This document shows, in pieces, positions 24,976-33,387 of a stretch of 35,244 nt of DNA. Under the pieces are notes generated by a model, which did not search any database, had not been told where the DNA came from, and saw nothing but the letters and a program-made list of their open reading frames with translations. A program made the translations under genes and the position numbers. The stretch is from an uncultured Saprospiraceae bacterium (GTDB lineage Bacteria > Bacteroidota > Bacteroidia > Chitinophagales > Saprospiraceae): positions 1 through 35,244 of the forward strand of contig CALHKJ010000447.1 of NCBI GenBank assembly GCA_938033975.1, in the 5' to 3' direction. Position 1 is the first letter of the stretch. Every line of letters begins with the position of its first letter.

Positions 24976-26195
24976 ACTTGTTTTGAAAATTCAAGAAACG
25001 CCTCAATGAAACGATCCATATCTTTAAAACTGTGATAAATATTTGGACTCACACGATAGGTTGTTCTATTTGCAATTAATGGTCTCACCTTTTTAAGGTG
25101 AATATTCTTAGACTCAAAAAATCCAAGAATTTTTGTTGAGGATCCTGGATAATAAAAGCTAGCAATGCCGCCATATTTATTTGGAACAATGGCCTCTGCA
25201 TTTGGAATTTGATCAATGGCCTTTGTCCAATAATCTGTGAGCTCCATCAATCTTTGATGTTTGGTTTTTGTACCAATTTTTTGATGATATCTTATTGCTG
25301 AAAGTATAGCCGCATATAAGGCGTAAGACTTTGTCCCTACTGCTTCAAATTTTTGCATCTTGTCTTGATTGCTTTCATTTAGATTGTAGCTTCCTCTTAT
25401 CTCTCTTAATAAATTTTTCCTCACATAAAGCACTCCAGTTCCCAAAGGACCTCCTAACCATTTGTGCAGACTAGTGCAATAAAAATCACAATCCCAATCT
25501 TTAACTGAATGCTCATAATGACCAATTGAATGCGCTGCATCTACCAATACCTTTGCTCCTACCTCTCTTGCAAGTTTTGATATTTGTTTTACTGGCAACA
25601 TTTGACCTTCTCGATGTGTCATCGAGGTTATCAAAACCATTTCGGTTTTTGCATTGATCTTTTTGCGATAAGCTTCAATGATATCTTCCTCATCAGCAGG
25701 CAAGTTTATCTTTACTTGTCTCAATTTAAAATTTCTCTCCTTTGATAAATTTTTAAGGGTATCAGTGGCATGAGAATAATCATGATCTCCACAAACAACA
25801 TTTGATTTCTCAGGAAAATTATAGCCAGTTAAAACAAAATTTAATGCCTCAGTTGTGTTTCTAACCAAAGCCAATTCTTCAGCTGAACAATCAATCATTT
25901 CTGCAAGATTGATTTTACTCAATTCAAATATCTTTCCCCAATATTTTTCTTGTTCGTAAGGAGGATTGCGATTCATTTCTGAAATAAACTTTAGCACTTG
26001 CTTTTCAACATCCAAAGACATCATACCAGCACTTCCATTATTTAGATTCAAAACCTTAGATCTACTATCTGGATATTGCTTCCGTATCCGATTCCAATTT
26101 ATTTGATTCCCAATATCATTGTCCTGTTTAACTAGGCTGGTAAATCCTACGGCACCTGCAACAAACATTTCTATAAATGACCTTCTTTCCATCAA
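24972..26195 (-). CDS. Aminotransferase class V-fold PLP-dependent enzyme with a twin-arginine (Tat) signal
   Basis: The N-terminus MMERRSFIEMFVAGAVGFTSL is an RR-x-F-hydrophobic Tat motif. LNNGSAGMMS is present. DAAHSIGH...CTSLHKWLGGPLGTGVLYV is the PLP-lysine context of class V enzymes. Confidence 0.85.
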   Translation of the reverse strand: MMERRSFIEMFVAGAVGFTSLVKQDNDIGNQINWNRIRKQYPDSRSKVLNLNNGSAGMMSLDVEKQVLKFISEMNRNPPYEQEKYWGKIFELSKINLAEMIDCSAEELALVRNTTEALNFVLTGYNFPEKSNVVCGDHDYSHATDTLKNLSKERNFKLRQVKINLPADEEDIIEAYRKKINAKTEMVLITSMTHREGQMLPVKQISKLAREVGAKVLVDAAHSIGHYEHSVKDWDCDFYCTSLHKWLGGPLGTGVLYVRKNLLREIRGSYNLNESNQDKMQKFEAVGTKSYALYAAILSAIRYHQKIGTKTKHQRLMELTDYWTKAIDQIPNAEAIVPNKYGGIASFYYPGSSTKILGFFESKNIHLKKVRPLIANRTTYRVSPNIYHSFKDMDRFIEAFLEFSKQV

Positions 26196-26312
26196 TTTCT
26201 AGACTATTGGATTTTTATGATTAAAAGCTATAACTTTACTACACACGAATATCAATAATATTTCCATTTACAAAAGTTAATACGCTGATTAATTACTCTA
26301 AAATCGTAATTC

Positions 26313-26999
26313 ATGAAACACTTATTATTATTTATCAACTTCTTATTCCTATCAATTTCACTCTCTGCACAGGGAGAATCTAGACAATTAGACAATTTTA
26401 ATGAACTCAGAGCAAATGGAGATGTTACAGTTGAGCTAATAGATGGTAAATCAAATTCTGCCATGGTAAGTGTCAGCTCTGGAGATGAGTCTGATGTTTT
26501 AACTACGGTAGAAAATGGAATTTTAAGAATCAAATGGAAAAAGAATATTAACAGCAGCAACAGAACTGCCAAAGTGCAAGTATCCCATAGCAGTCTTAAT
26601 GTTTTAGTAGCCAATGCTGGTGCAAGCATCAGTTCTTCATCAATCATCACAACAAATGATTTTAATGTTGAAGCTAGCAGTGGATCTAGAATAAACATAG
26701 ATGTTGATTGTAGCTCTCTCCAAGTAGAATCCAATTCAGGAGCAAGCATATCAATTTCTGGAAAGGCAACATCTCAGCAAGTTGAAGTAAACTCAGGAGC
26801 ATCTTATAAGGCAATGGACTTGATTACAGATACAACAAATATAGAAGCTTCCTCTGGTGCTTCCGCAAAGGTACATGCTGCTAAAAATCTAACTGCAGAA
26901 GCTTCGACAGGAGGCAGTATAAAATATGCTGGCAATCCAAGCAACAAAGAAATAGAAGAAAATTTTTACTCAGGCGGAAGTGTGAAGGCTTCTAAATAA
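26313..26999 (+). CDS. DUF2807 / head GIN domain (putative beta-helical adhesin-like) protein
   Basis: Signal peptide, then F.ELRANGDVTVELIDGKSNSAMVSVSS...TVENGILRIKW. Repeated SGAS.. beta-helix-like turns follow (EASSGSRINI, NSGASISI, NSGASYKA, SSGASAKV, STGGSIKY). Confidence 0.65.
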   Translation: MKHLLLFINFLFLSISLSAQGESRQLDNFNELRANGDVTVELIDGKSNSAMVSVSSGDESDVLTTVENGILRIKWKKNINSSNRTAKVQVSHSSLNVLVANAGASISSSSIITTNDFNVEASSGSRINIDVDCSSLQVESNSGASISISGKATSQQVEVNSGASYKAMDLITDTTNIEASSGASAKVHAAKNLTAEASTGGSIKYAGNPSNKEIEENFYSGGSVKASK

Positions 27000-27900
27000 T
27001 AAAATCAGAAATCACTCCTTCTTTAAGTGCATAGGGAGACACCAATATTTCTTGGATGTCATAGGATTGTAATACATGCTGAATCAAAACCATAGCAATT
27101 GGAATCAGCACCACCCTCTCTTTTGGAATACCCGGATGAGTAAGACGTTCTTGCTTAGACATAGGCATGACTTCATCATACATGTTTTTAAACTCTGATC
27201 CACTAAAACTACCATCAATTGATCGGCCAAGTGAGGTTTCAAGAATTTGTGTCAAAACTTCAAAGCTGCCAGCAGAGCCAATCAAAGCATCTAATTTTTG
27301 ATCTTTTAGATAGTTAGTCAAGTTTGACAATTTATTCGTCAACCATCTTTGAGTAATTTTAATATCAACTGCTGGTATCGGATCTGACTTTTGAAATTGA
27401 TTATACAACACAGAAACACCTACTGGAAAAGATTCACTGTAAAGCATTTGTTCACCATCAAAATGTATAAACTCAACACTACCTCCTCCAATATCCATTA
27501 TTAAAAATTTGCCGTAAGGTGGAGAAAGGTATGCTCTAACTCCTTTGTAAATATACTCTGCCTCTTTTTGTCCATCAATGATGTCTATATCTAGGGAATA
27601 ATTCTTTTTGATAATATCAATAAATTCTTGACCATTATCAGCGTGCCTAAAAGTTTCCGTGCCCGTCATTTTGTAATCAGACACCTCATGCTTTTTCATG
27701 AGTACAGCAAATTCTCCGATTGTTTCAATTCCTTTCTGAAAACTCTCATCATTGATGTGAGAGACCCCATCACGTCCAAGATAGACATACTCTCTTTGCT
27801 GATGAATTTTTTCAAATTTTCCAGCAGCTGTCTTTTCAGCAATTAGTATATGAAAGGTATTGGTTCCTAAATCGATTGCAGCATAACGCTGTTTGCTCAT
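26992..27900 (-). CDS. Ppx/GppA family phosphatase (exopolyphosphatase-like)
   Basis: AAIDLGTNTFHILIAE and IMDIGGGSVEF are ASKHA-fold phosphate-binding motifs typical of Ppx/GppA. It is 302 aa. Confidence 0.85.
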   Translation of the reverse strand: MSKQRYAAIDLGTNTFHILIAEKTAAGKFEKIHQQREYVYLGRDGVSHINDESFQKGIETIGEFAVLMKKHEVSDYKMTGTETFRHADNGQEFIDIIKKNYSLDIDIIDGQKEAEYIYKGVRAYLSPPYGKFLIMDIGGGSVEFIHFDGEQMLYSESFPVGVSVLYNQFQKSDPIPAVDIKITQRWLTNKLSNLTNYLKDQKLDALIGSAGSFEVLTQILETSLGRSIDGSFSGSEFKNMYDEVMPMSKQERLTHPGIPKERVVLIPIAMVLIQHVLQSYDIQEILVSPYALKEGVISDFII

Positions 27901-27905
27901 GCTTA

Positions 27906-28409
27906 CTATTTGTTTTGGTCAACCTTAGAAAACATAGTCCCAAAAAAGTTTAAGCCATCAGCTGTCATACGATTGGCGTACTTTGGCTTTTCGTTTTCTA
28001 CAAAAACATAAAATTGACATTTGTCTGATAGATACACATCACATTCTAAAACAATGTCACCATCAATGTGAAACATTTGTCTAGCCATTGGCTTGCAGTC
28101 ACTCGGAATAAAAGCCATAGGTTCTGTTGCAATATAATTTAAGTTGGCTTGAATGCTTTCTTTAGAATCTTGGCTCATGCTGAATGGAAGATCATGGAAG
28201 ATATAATCTATGTAAGTACATTTTTCCCAAAGGTTCATAATAGTCTCTTTCGGAATACTTTCAAACGCTACTTGATTTTTATTGTTTTGACTTGCAGGGC
28301 TTGATGCTGCATCTGTTTTGTCTGAGTTTTTAGTTTTTGCATTTTCACCTCCACAGGAAATTAGTGTTAGAGAAAAAATAGCAAAAAGGACATATACTGT
28401 TTTTCGCAT
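27906..28409 (-). CDS. Predicted lipoprotein, unknown function
   Basis: The internal ATG at 28409 gives MRKTVYVLFAIFSLTLISCGG (lipobox) and removes the overlap with the upstream gene. The track start is 28466. Confidence 0.6.
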   Translation of the reverse strand: MRKTVYVLFAIFSLTLISCGGENAKTKNSDKTDAASSPASQNNKNQVAFESIPKETIMNLWEKCTYIDYIFHDLPFSMSQDSKESIQANLNYIATEPMAFIPSDCKPMARQMFHIDGDIVLECDVYLSDKCQFYVFVENEKPKYANRMTADGLNFFGTMFSKVDQNK

Positions 28410-28420
28410 TGTTTGTTTTT

Positions 28421-29035
28421 TTAAAATCGATAATCTGCTCTCGCAGTCCAATGATAATTTACCCAACCTCTTACCGTTGGATCGTTTGGATTTTGATATA
28501 TTCTTATAAAGGAATTACTATATCGAACCATTAAGGTCCACTTTTCATTAAATGAATAATGTACACCCAACAAAGCCATTAAATCGAAATTCTTTAAATC
28601 ATCACTTTCAATTCTCTCATTGTTTAACCTTCTGCCAAGAAGATAAGAATAAGAAAGTCCACCATGTATTCCTACCTTAAAATAATCTCCAGTATTCTGG
28701 TACCAATCATTGTAAGTAACATAAACTGGAAAATCAATATAAGTTAAAGTAGTATTCAATCTGTTTCCCCCTGTAGGCACAAATCTTCTTTTAGCAATGC
28801 TGCCTTTCTGAGAAAACAACATTTCTAGATTTATATCCATTTTCTCTTGCAAACGGTAGGCTATTTTTAATCCTGCATTTACACCTAGCTTATCAAATCC
28901 TGCTAATTGATCTCCAGCAATTTGAGAAGCATTAAAACCCATTGCTAAAGAAAGATCAAATCCTTTTTGTGCAGTTAAGGTACTGACAGCCAAGAAGATA
29001 AAAATACAGTTTAATAAAAGCCTCCTTATGTTCAT
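28421..29035 (-). CDS. Small outer-membrane beta-barrel (porin-family / OMP_b-brl_2-like) protein
   Basis: ATG 29035 gives MNIRRLLLNCIFIFLAVSTLTAQ (signal peptide). The protein is about 200 aa with alternating strands and a C-terminal ...TARADYRF beta-signal. Confidence 0.65.
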   Translation of the reverse strand: MNIRRLLLNCIFIFLAVSTLTAQKGFDLSLAMGFNASQIAGDQLAGFDKLGVNAGLKIAYRLQEKMDINLEMLFSQKGSIAKRRFVPTGGNRLNTTLTYIDFPVYVTYNDWYQNTGDYFKVGIHGGLSYSYLLGRRLNNERIESDDLKNFDLMALLGVHYSFNEKWTLMVRYSNSFIRIYQNPNDPTVRGWVNYHWTARADYRF

Positions 29036-29066
29036 ATTTTGTTTTTGCATATATATGGAAAACGAT

Positions 29067-29074
29067 TATATTTG
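29067..29074 (+). promoter_or_regulatory. Candidate -7 promoter box (TATATTTG)
   Basis: It matches TAnnTTTG and ends 18 nt upstream of ATG 29093. Confidence 0.35.
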
Positions 29075-29092
29075 GCCCTAAGTAACAGAACT

Positions 29093-29383
29093 ATGAGCCT
29101 AGGTAAGAGCAAAAATACATTAAAAAAACTTGAGTCATTATTTCAAGAATTAAATTATCAAATAAGGTACGAAAGAGGCAATTTTAAATCTGGTTATTGT
29201 ATCGTCAACGACTCTAGAATGATTGTCATCAATAAGTTTTTCGACACCAAAGCTCGTATTGATACGCTACTCGACATCTTAACTAAAATTGACTACAGTT
29301 CTACAGAATTATCGGAGGCAAGTCAAGAGATTCTTCAAAAAGCATTAAAATTGGATATCTTCACTAAAAGTCTAGTGGCTTAG
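29093..29383 (+). CDS. Hypothetical protein (96 aa)
   Basis: ATG 29093 lies downstream of a -7 box (MSLGKSKNTLKKLESLFQELNYQIRYERGNFKSGYCIV...). It is followed 13 nt later by the MBL hydrolase gene. I recognise no family. Confidence 0.45.
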   Translation: MSLGKSKNTLKKLESLFQELNYQIRYERGNFKSGYCIVNDSRMIVINKFFDTKARIDTLLDILTKIDYSSTELSEASQEILQKALKLDIFTKSLVA

Positions 29384-29396
29384 AAGAATCTAATAT

Positions 29397-30161
29397 TTGA
29401 AAATAACAATTCTCGGTACTGGTACGTCTCAAGGTGTCCCGCTCGTTGGATGCAAATGTGAGGTATGTACCTCTCCAGATCCAAAAGATAAAAGGCTTCG
29501 TGTTTCTGTCTACATACAAACAGATGAAGGAACCAATATCCTTATTGATTGTTCTCCAGATCTTCGTCAGCAGCTTCTAAAAAATAAAATAACTGACATT
29601 GATGCAGTCCTTGTAACCCACGAACACAATGATCATATTATTGGCCTAGATGATCTTAGGCCCATCAATTTTATGCAGCGCAAGGAAATGCCCATGTATG
29701 CCTTGCCACGAGTCATAAAGGATATACGAGACAGATTCAAGTACATATTTGCAGAAAATCCCTATCCTGGGACACCTCTTATCTCGACAATCCCTATTGA
29801 GAAGGATGAGCTAAAAATAGAATCCGTAAAAATTTCCTGTATCAAGTATTTACATGGAATGCTTCCAATTCTTGGATATAAGATTGGGGACTTTGCTTAC
29901 ATAACCGACATTAAAAGCATTACTGAGGAAGAAAAGCAAAAACTTTTAGGCCTCAAAGTATTGATTATCAGTGCCTTAAGACCACAAGAGCATTTTGCAC
30001 ATATGAATTTGGAAGAGGCATTGGCTTTTGTCCAAGAAATTCAACCAAAAACTACTTATTTAACTCATATGGGTCACAATATTGGCACGCATGCCCATTT
30101 ATTGGATAGCCTTCCGGCAAATGTATTTCCAGCTTTTGACGGACAAGTGCTCACTATTTAG
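29397..30161 (+). CDS. MBL-fold metallo-hydrolase, PhnP-like
   Basis: MKITILGTGTSQGVPLVGCKCEVCTS (Cys cluster) and LVTHEHNDHIIGLDDLR (HxHxDH). The start is TTG, and homologues as I recall them begin MKI. Confidence 0.8.
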   Translation: MKITILGTGTSQGVPLVGCKCEVCTSPDPKDKRLRVSVYIQTDEGTNILIDCSPDLRQQLLKNKITDIDAVLVTHEHNDHIIGLDDLRPINFMQRKEMPMYALPRVIKDIRDRFKYIFAENPYPGTPLISTIPIEKDELKIESVKISCIKYLHGMLPILGYKIGDFAYITDIKSITEEEKQKLLGLKVLIISALRPQEHFAHMNLEEALAFVQEIQPKTTYLTHMGHNIGTHAHLLDSLPANVFPAFDGQVLTI

Positions 30162-30241
30162 TCTGAAGAGTCCATCTTTTATACCAAAGGTCTTTCACTT
30201 CCTAGCTTTCTTACATATCTTTAGCAATGTAGCTAAGACTC

Positions 30242-31201
30242 ATGAAGAAATTTCTACTCATACTAATCTGTACAATGCTGTTGATAGAGCTAAAGGCGCA
30301 AAGGTCTTCTATCTCTACGATGCATGCATTGAATCCATATCAGAATGTACAAGCATATGGAGGCTTTGACAGAAGTCTTAGCAGTACATTGATGTATAGA
30401 TCTCAATGGGCACCTATCAGCTCTAATCCTAGATATCTTCATTTCAACGTTCATCTTCCGGTTTATTTCCTAAATGGAGGAGCAGGAATAATCTTTGAGC
30501 AAGAAGATCTGGGTGTAGAATCAAATAGCTCCGCCAAAATTTCCTATAATTTTGTTTATCGAGGCAGTTTTGGTATTCTTTCAGGAGGAGCAAGCTTAGG
30601 TTTCACACAAAAAAAGCTGTTTCAAAATGATATAACCACGCCTGATGGGGAGTATGGACCTGGTGTTATCACTCACAATGATCCACTCTTATCAGAAGGA
30701 GATGCTATTGGTTCTAGGCTGACTTATGGACTTAGTGCTTTGTGGCAATATGATAAATTGACTGCAGCTTTACAAATTGATGACTTTTTCAAACCAGCTA
30801 TAAAAATCGGAGATTTAAACTACGATGGCAGAGCTATTTACACCTTAACAGCTGATTATCAGTATGTTTTGACCCAAGAAGTTGGAATCAGGCCATCAGC
30901 AATGCTGGTATCAAACCTCAACCAATGGCAGTTTCAATTGTCAGTGCTTTGTAATTATGGCAATATTTTTGGAGGACTTAACCTGCGTGGCTTAAATCAA
31001 AATACATTTGAATCACTCGGAGTAATTTCAGGAATCAATTTCAACAACCACTATACAATAGCTTACAGCTATGATTTAGGTCTTTCTTCATTGAAAAACA
31101 GCACTGAAGGAAGTCATGAATTAATTTTAAAATATAATCTTAATAAGATTATTAACACTGGCTTACCTCCGAGGATCATCTATAACCCAAGAGACCTGTA
31201 A
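30242..31201 (+). CDS. porP: Type IX secretion system membrane protein PorP/SprF family, positioned as porP upstream of gldK
   Basis: Signal peptide MKKFLLILICTMLLIELKAQ. The 319-aa size and beta-rich pattern parallel the 15750..16706 paralogue (..YRSQWAPIS.NPRY...GAGIIFEQEDLG...). It sits directly upstream of gldKLMN, as porP does in Porphyromonas gingivalis. Confidence 0.8.
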   Translation: MKKFLLILICTMLLIELKAQRSSISTMHALNPYQNVQAYGGFDRSLSSTLMYRSQWAPISSNPRYLHFNVHLPVYFLNGGAGIIFEQEDLGVESNSSAKISYNFVYRGSFGILSGGASLGFTQKKLFQNDITTPDGEYGPGVITHNDPLLSEGDAIGSRLTYGLSALWQYDKLTAALQIDDFFKPAIKIGDLNYDGRAIYTLTADYQYVLTQEVGIRPSAMLVSNLNQWQFQLSVLCNYGNIFGGLNLRGLNQNTFESLGVISGINFNNHYTIAYSYDLGLSSLKNSTEGSHELILKYNLNKIINTGLPPRIIYNPRDL

Positions 31202-31311
31202 ATGCAAGTTTTTTGGTGGTATTTAAAATACATTTTGATAATCAACGTTTATAATACAATCAGATAGTCTGCGCTATAAGATTATATTTCAAATTGTTCG
31301 AATTATAATTT

Positions 31312-31319
31312 TATATTTG
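31312..31319 (+). promoter_or_regulatory. Candidate -7 promoter box (TATATTTG) upstream of gldK
   Basis: It matches TAnnTTTG and ends 52 nt upstream of ATG 31372, within a 170-nt AT-rich spacer after porP. Confidence 0.35.
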
Positions 31320-31371
31320 CATACATTTGAATTTTAGGCAAATAATTAACTTGGAAAATCGATCTGGAACG

Positions 31372-32616
31372 ATGAAAAGAAACATCATTTCTCTTTTTGG
31401 ATTCCTATTGTTGGTACTTTTGGTATCATCATGTGGTAGGGACCAATCAGGACAATTAGAAGGAGTATTCGACAGACCTACTTGGAATGGGATCAACCCA
31501 TACGGTATGGTTTATGTACCCTCAGGAACACTTCACATTGGTCAATCCGACCAAGACATCTTTAATACTTATGCTCAGAAGCCAAAGGCGATTTCCGTCC
31601 AAGGATTCTTTATGGATGATACTGAGATCACCAATAATGAGTATAGACAGTTCGTACACTGGGTTAGAGATTCAATTGCTCATACAATCATGGGCGATTT
31701 TAAGGAAGACGAATTTGGTAATGAGCAGTTAGACTGGGAGTATGGTCTTGACTATTCATCTGAAGATCTAGACGAAATGTACTATGAAGGCGATATGATG
31801 CTGAATGGCAAGAGAGAACTAGACACCAGAGCGTTTGATTACGCTTATCAATGGGTAGACTGGAAAAAAGCTGCACATGACAAGAGTGAATCAGCAAGAG
31901 CTTCATTAATTAACAAAGAAGAAATAAACATCTTCCCTGATACATTGGTTTGGATCAGAGATTTTGCTTACTCATACAATGAGCCTTATACCAGAAACTA
32001 TTTCTGGCACCCGGCTTTTGATGATTATCCAGTAGTAGGTCTTGATTGGAAACAAGCAAAGGCTTTCTGTCACTGGAGAACTAAGCTTTGGAACTCTTTT
32101 AGAGGAGAAACAGAGCCAAATACAGAAGAATTTAGATTACCAACAGAATCAGAGTGGGAATACGCTGCTAGAGGAGGTAGAGATATGGCGCCATACCCTT
32201 GGGGAGGTTACTATATCAGAAACGCTAAAGGTTGTTTGCTTGCAAACTTCAAGCCTGGCAGAGGAAACTATCCTGAAGATGGAGGTCTATATACAGTGAA
32301 AGCTGATGCATACTTTGCAAATGATTACGGTCTTTACAATATGGCTGGTAATGTTGCAGAGTGGACAGAAACAGCCTTCCACCCTAATGCATATGCACAT
32401 GTTCACGATCTAAACCCAGATCTAAAATATGATGCTAAAGAAGACGACCCAGAATCTTTCAAAAGAAAGGTTATCAGAGGTGGATCTTGGAAAGATGTGC
32501 ATTACTTCCTTCAGACAGGTACCCGTCACTGGGAATATCAAGACACAACTAAATCATATGTTGGTTTTAGATGTGCACTTACATACTTAGGAAGATCGAT
32601 CAACGACGACTTTTAG
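31372..32616 (+). CDS. gldK: T9SS/gliding lipoprotein GldK (PorK), FGE-sulfatase-like fold
   Basis: ATG 31372 gives MKRNIISLFGFLLLVLLVSSCGR (lipobox). PYGMVYVPSGT, TNNEYRQF, LPTESEWEYAARGG, YNMAGNVAEWT, IRGGSW and GFRC are typical of GldK/GldJ-type SUMF1 domains. Confidence 0.92.
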   Translation: MKRNIISLFGFLLLVLLVSSCGRDQSGQLEGVFDRPTWNGINPYGMVYVPSGTLHIGQSDQDIFNTYAQKPKAISVQGFFMDDTEITNNEYRQFVHWVRDSIAHTIMGDFKEDEFGNEQLDWEYGLDYSSEDLDEMYYEGDMMLNGKRELDTRAFDYAYQWVDWKKAAHDKSESARASLINKEEINIFPDTLVWIRDFAYSYNEPYTRNYFWHPAFDDYPVVGLDWKQAKAFCHWRTKLWNSFRGETEPNTEEFRLPTESEWEYAARGGRDMAPYPWGGYYIRNAKGCLLANFKPGRGNYPEDGGLYTVKADAYFANDYGLYNMAGNVAEWTETAFHPNAYAHVHDLNPDLKYDAKEDDPESFKRKVIRGGSWKDVHYFLQTGTRHWEYQDTTKSYVGFRCALTYLGRSINDDF

Positions 32617-32626
32617 TAAACCCTAC

Positions 32627-32670
32627 AATAAAAGAGGATAATTTAAGGTAAGATTTTATCCTCTTTTATT
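32627..32670 (+). terminator. Perfect 15-bp inverted repeat (intrinsic-terminator-like) between gldK and gldL
   Basis: aataaaagaggataa (32627-32641), a 14-nt loop, then ttatcctcttttatt (32656-32670). The GAGGATAA/TTATCCTC core has an upstream A-tract and a downstream T-tract. It starts 11 nt after the gldK stop and ends 88 nt before the gldL ATG. Confidence 0.6.
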
Positions 32671-32757
32671 AACTACATATTTCAGCATCCCAACTACGAC
32701 TTAGAATCAACTTCTATTATTCTAAAACAGCATTTATAACTTAAAATTATTCTAACA

Positions 32758-33351
32758 ATGAGCGTTCTTAAATCAAAAGGCTTTAAGTACTTTAAAAATC
32801 TCGTAATTGGACTAGGGGCATCTGCGGTAATGCTAGGTGCATTAGGAAAAATTAATTCAGAACCTTGGGGAGGTACTATGATAACAGTAGGACTTATTAC
32901 TGAGGCAATCTTATTCGCATTTCTTGGTCTTATCGGACCAGAGAAAGATTATTACTGGGAAAAATTATACCCGGGACTAGACAAATATGGTTCAAACATA
33001 AACCCTCTTACAGAAGGTGATCAAGCAGCAAGCCTAGCTGGCCCAAGAGCTCTTGATCCAGATGTTGTAGAAGGAAGACTCGGAGGTATGTTAGACGAAC
33101 TTCAAATCATGTCAAAAAGCTTAGGTTCATTAAAGGCATTACAGGAAGTTGATTTCCAGAAAACTGGAGAGCAAATTTCTGCTATGGGTAATTTCTACTC
33201 AAAAATGAATGATGCAATGTCTTCACTAAACGAAACAGTGGAGGATACTAAATTGTACCAAGAGAACTTATCTTCTCTTAACAGAAATCTTTCTGGTTTG
33301 AACTCTGTGTACGGAAACGTACTAAGCGCATTCAAAGCACCTGTACAATAA
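32758..33351 (+). CDS. gldL: T9SS/gliding motor protein GldL (PorL)
   Basis: There are two N-terminal TM helices (GLGASAVMLGALGKI; GLITEAILFAFLG). The C-terminal SLNSVYGNVLSAF closely matches the Flavobacterium johnsoniae GldL C-terminus as I recall it. Confidence 0.92.
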   Translation: MSVLKSKGFKYFKNLVIGLGASAVMLGALGKINSEPWGGTMITVGLITEAILFAFLGLIGPEKDYYWEKLYPGLDKYGSNINPLTEGDQAASLAGPRALDPDVVEGRLGGMLDELQIMSKSLGSLKALQEVDFQKTGEQISAMGNFYSKMNDAMSSLNETVEDTKLYQENLSSLNRNLSGLNSVYGNVLSAFKAPVQ

Positions 33352-33387
33352 GCATCAAACGTTTAATTAACTTTTAAAAATTAAAAA

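Noticed and set aside
26252-26749. 165-aa minus-strand ORF
   Set aside because: It is antisense to the DUF2807 gene. It is kept open by the repetitive Ser/Gly/Ala codons of that gene, and it starts in the intergenic promoter region.
27628-28509. Plus-strand ORFs 27628..27846 and 28318..28509
   Set aside because: They are antisense to the Ppx/GppA and lipoprotein/OMP genes.
30082-30369. Plus-strand ORF bridging the MBL hydrolase 3' end and the porP 5' end
   Set aside because: It is out of frame with both well-supported genes and spans their intergenic spacer.
31311-32299. ORFs 31311..31496 (-), 31487..31732 (+), 31700..31906 (-) and 32042..32299 (+)
   Set aside because: They are alternative-frame or antisense ORFs within gldK. 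The track start for gldK (TTG 31327) was also rejected in favour of ATG 31372, which gives a lipoprotein signal peptide.
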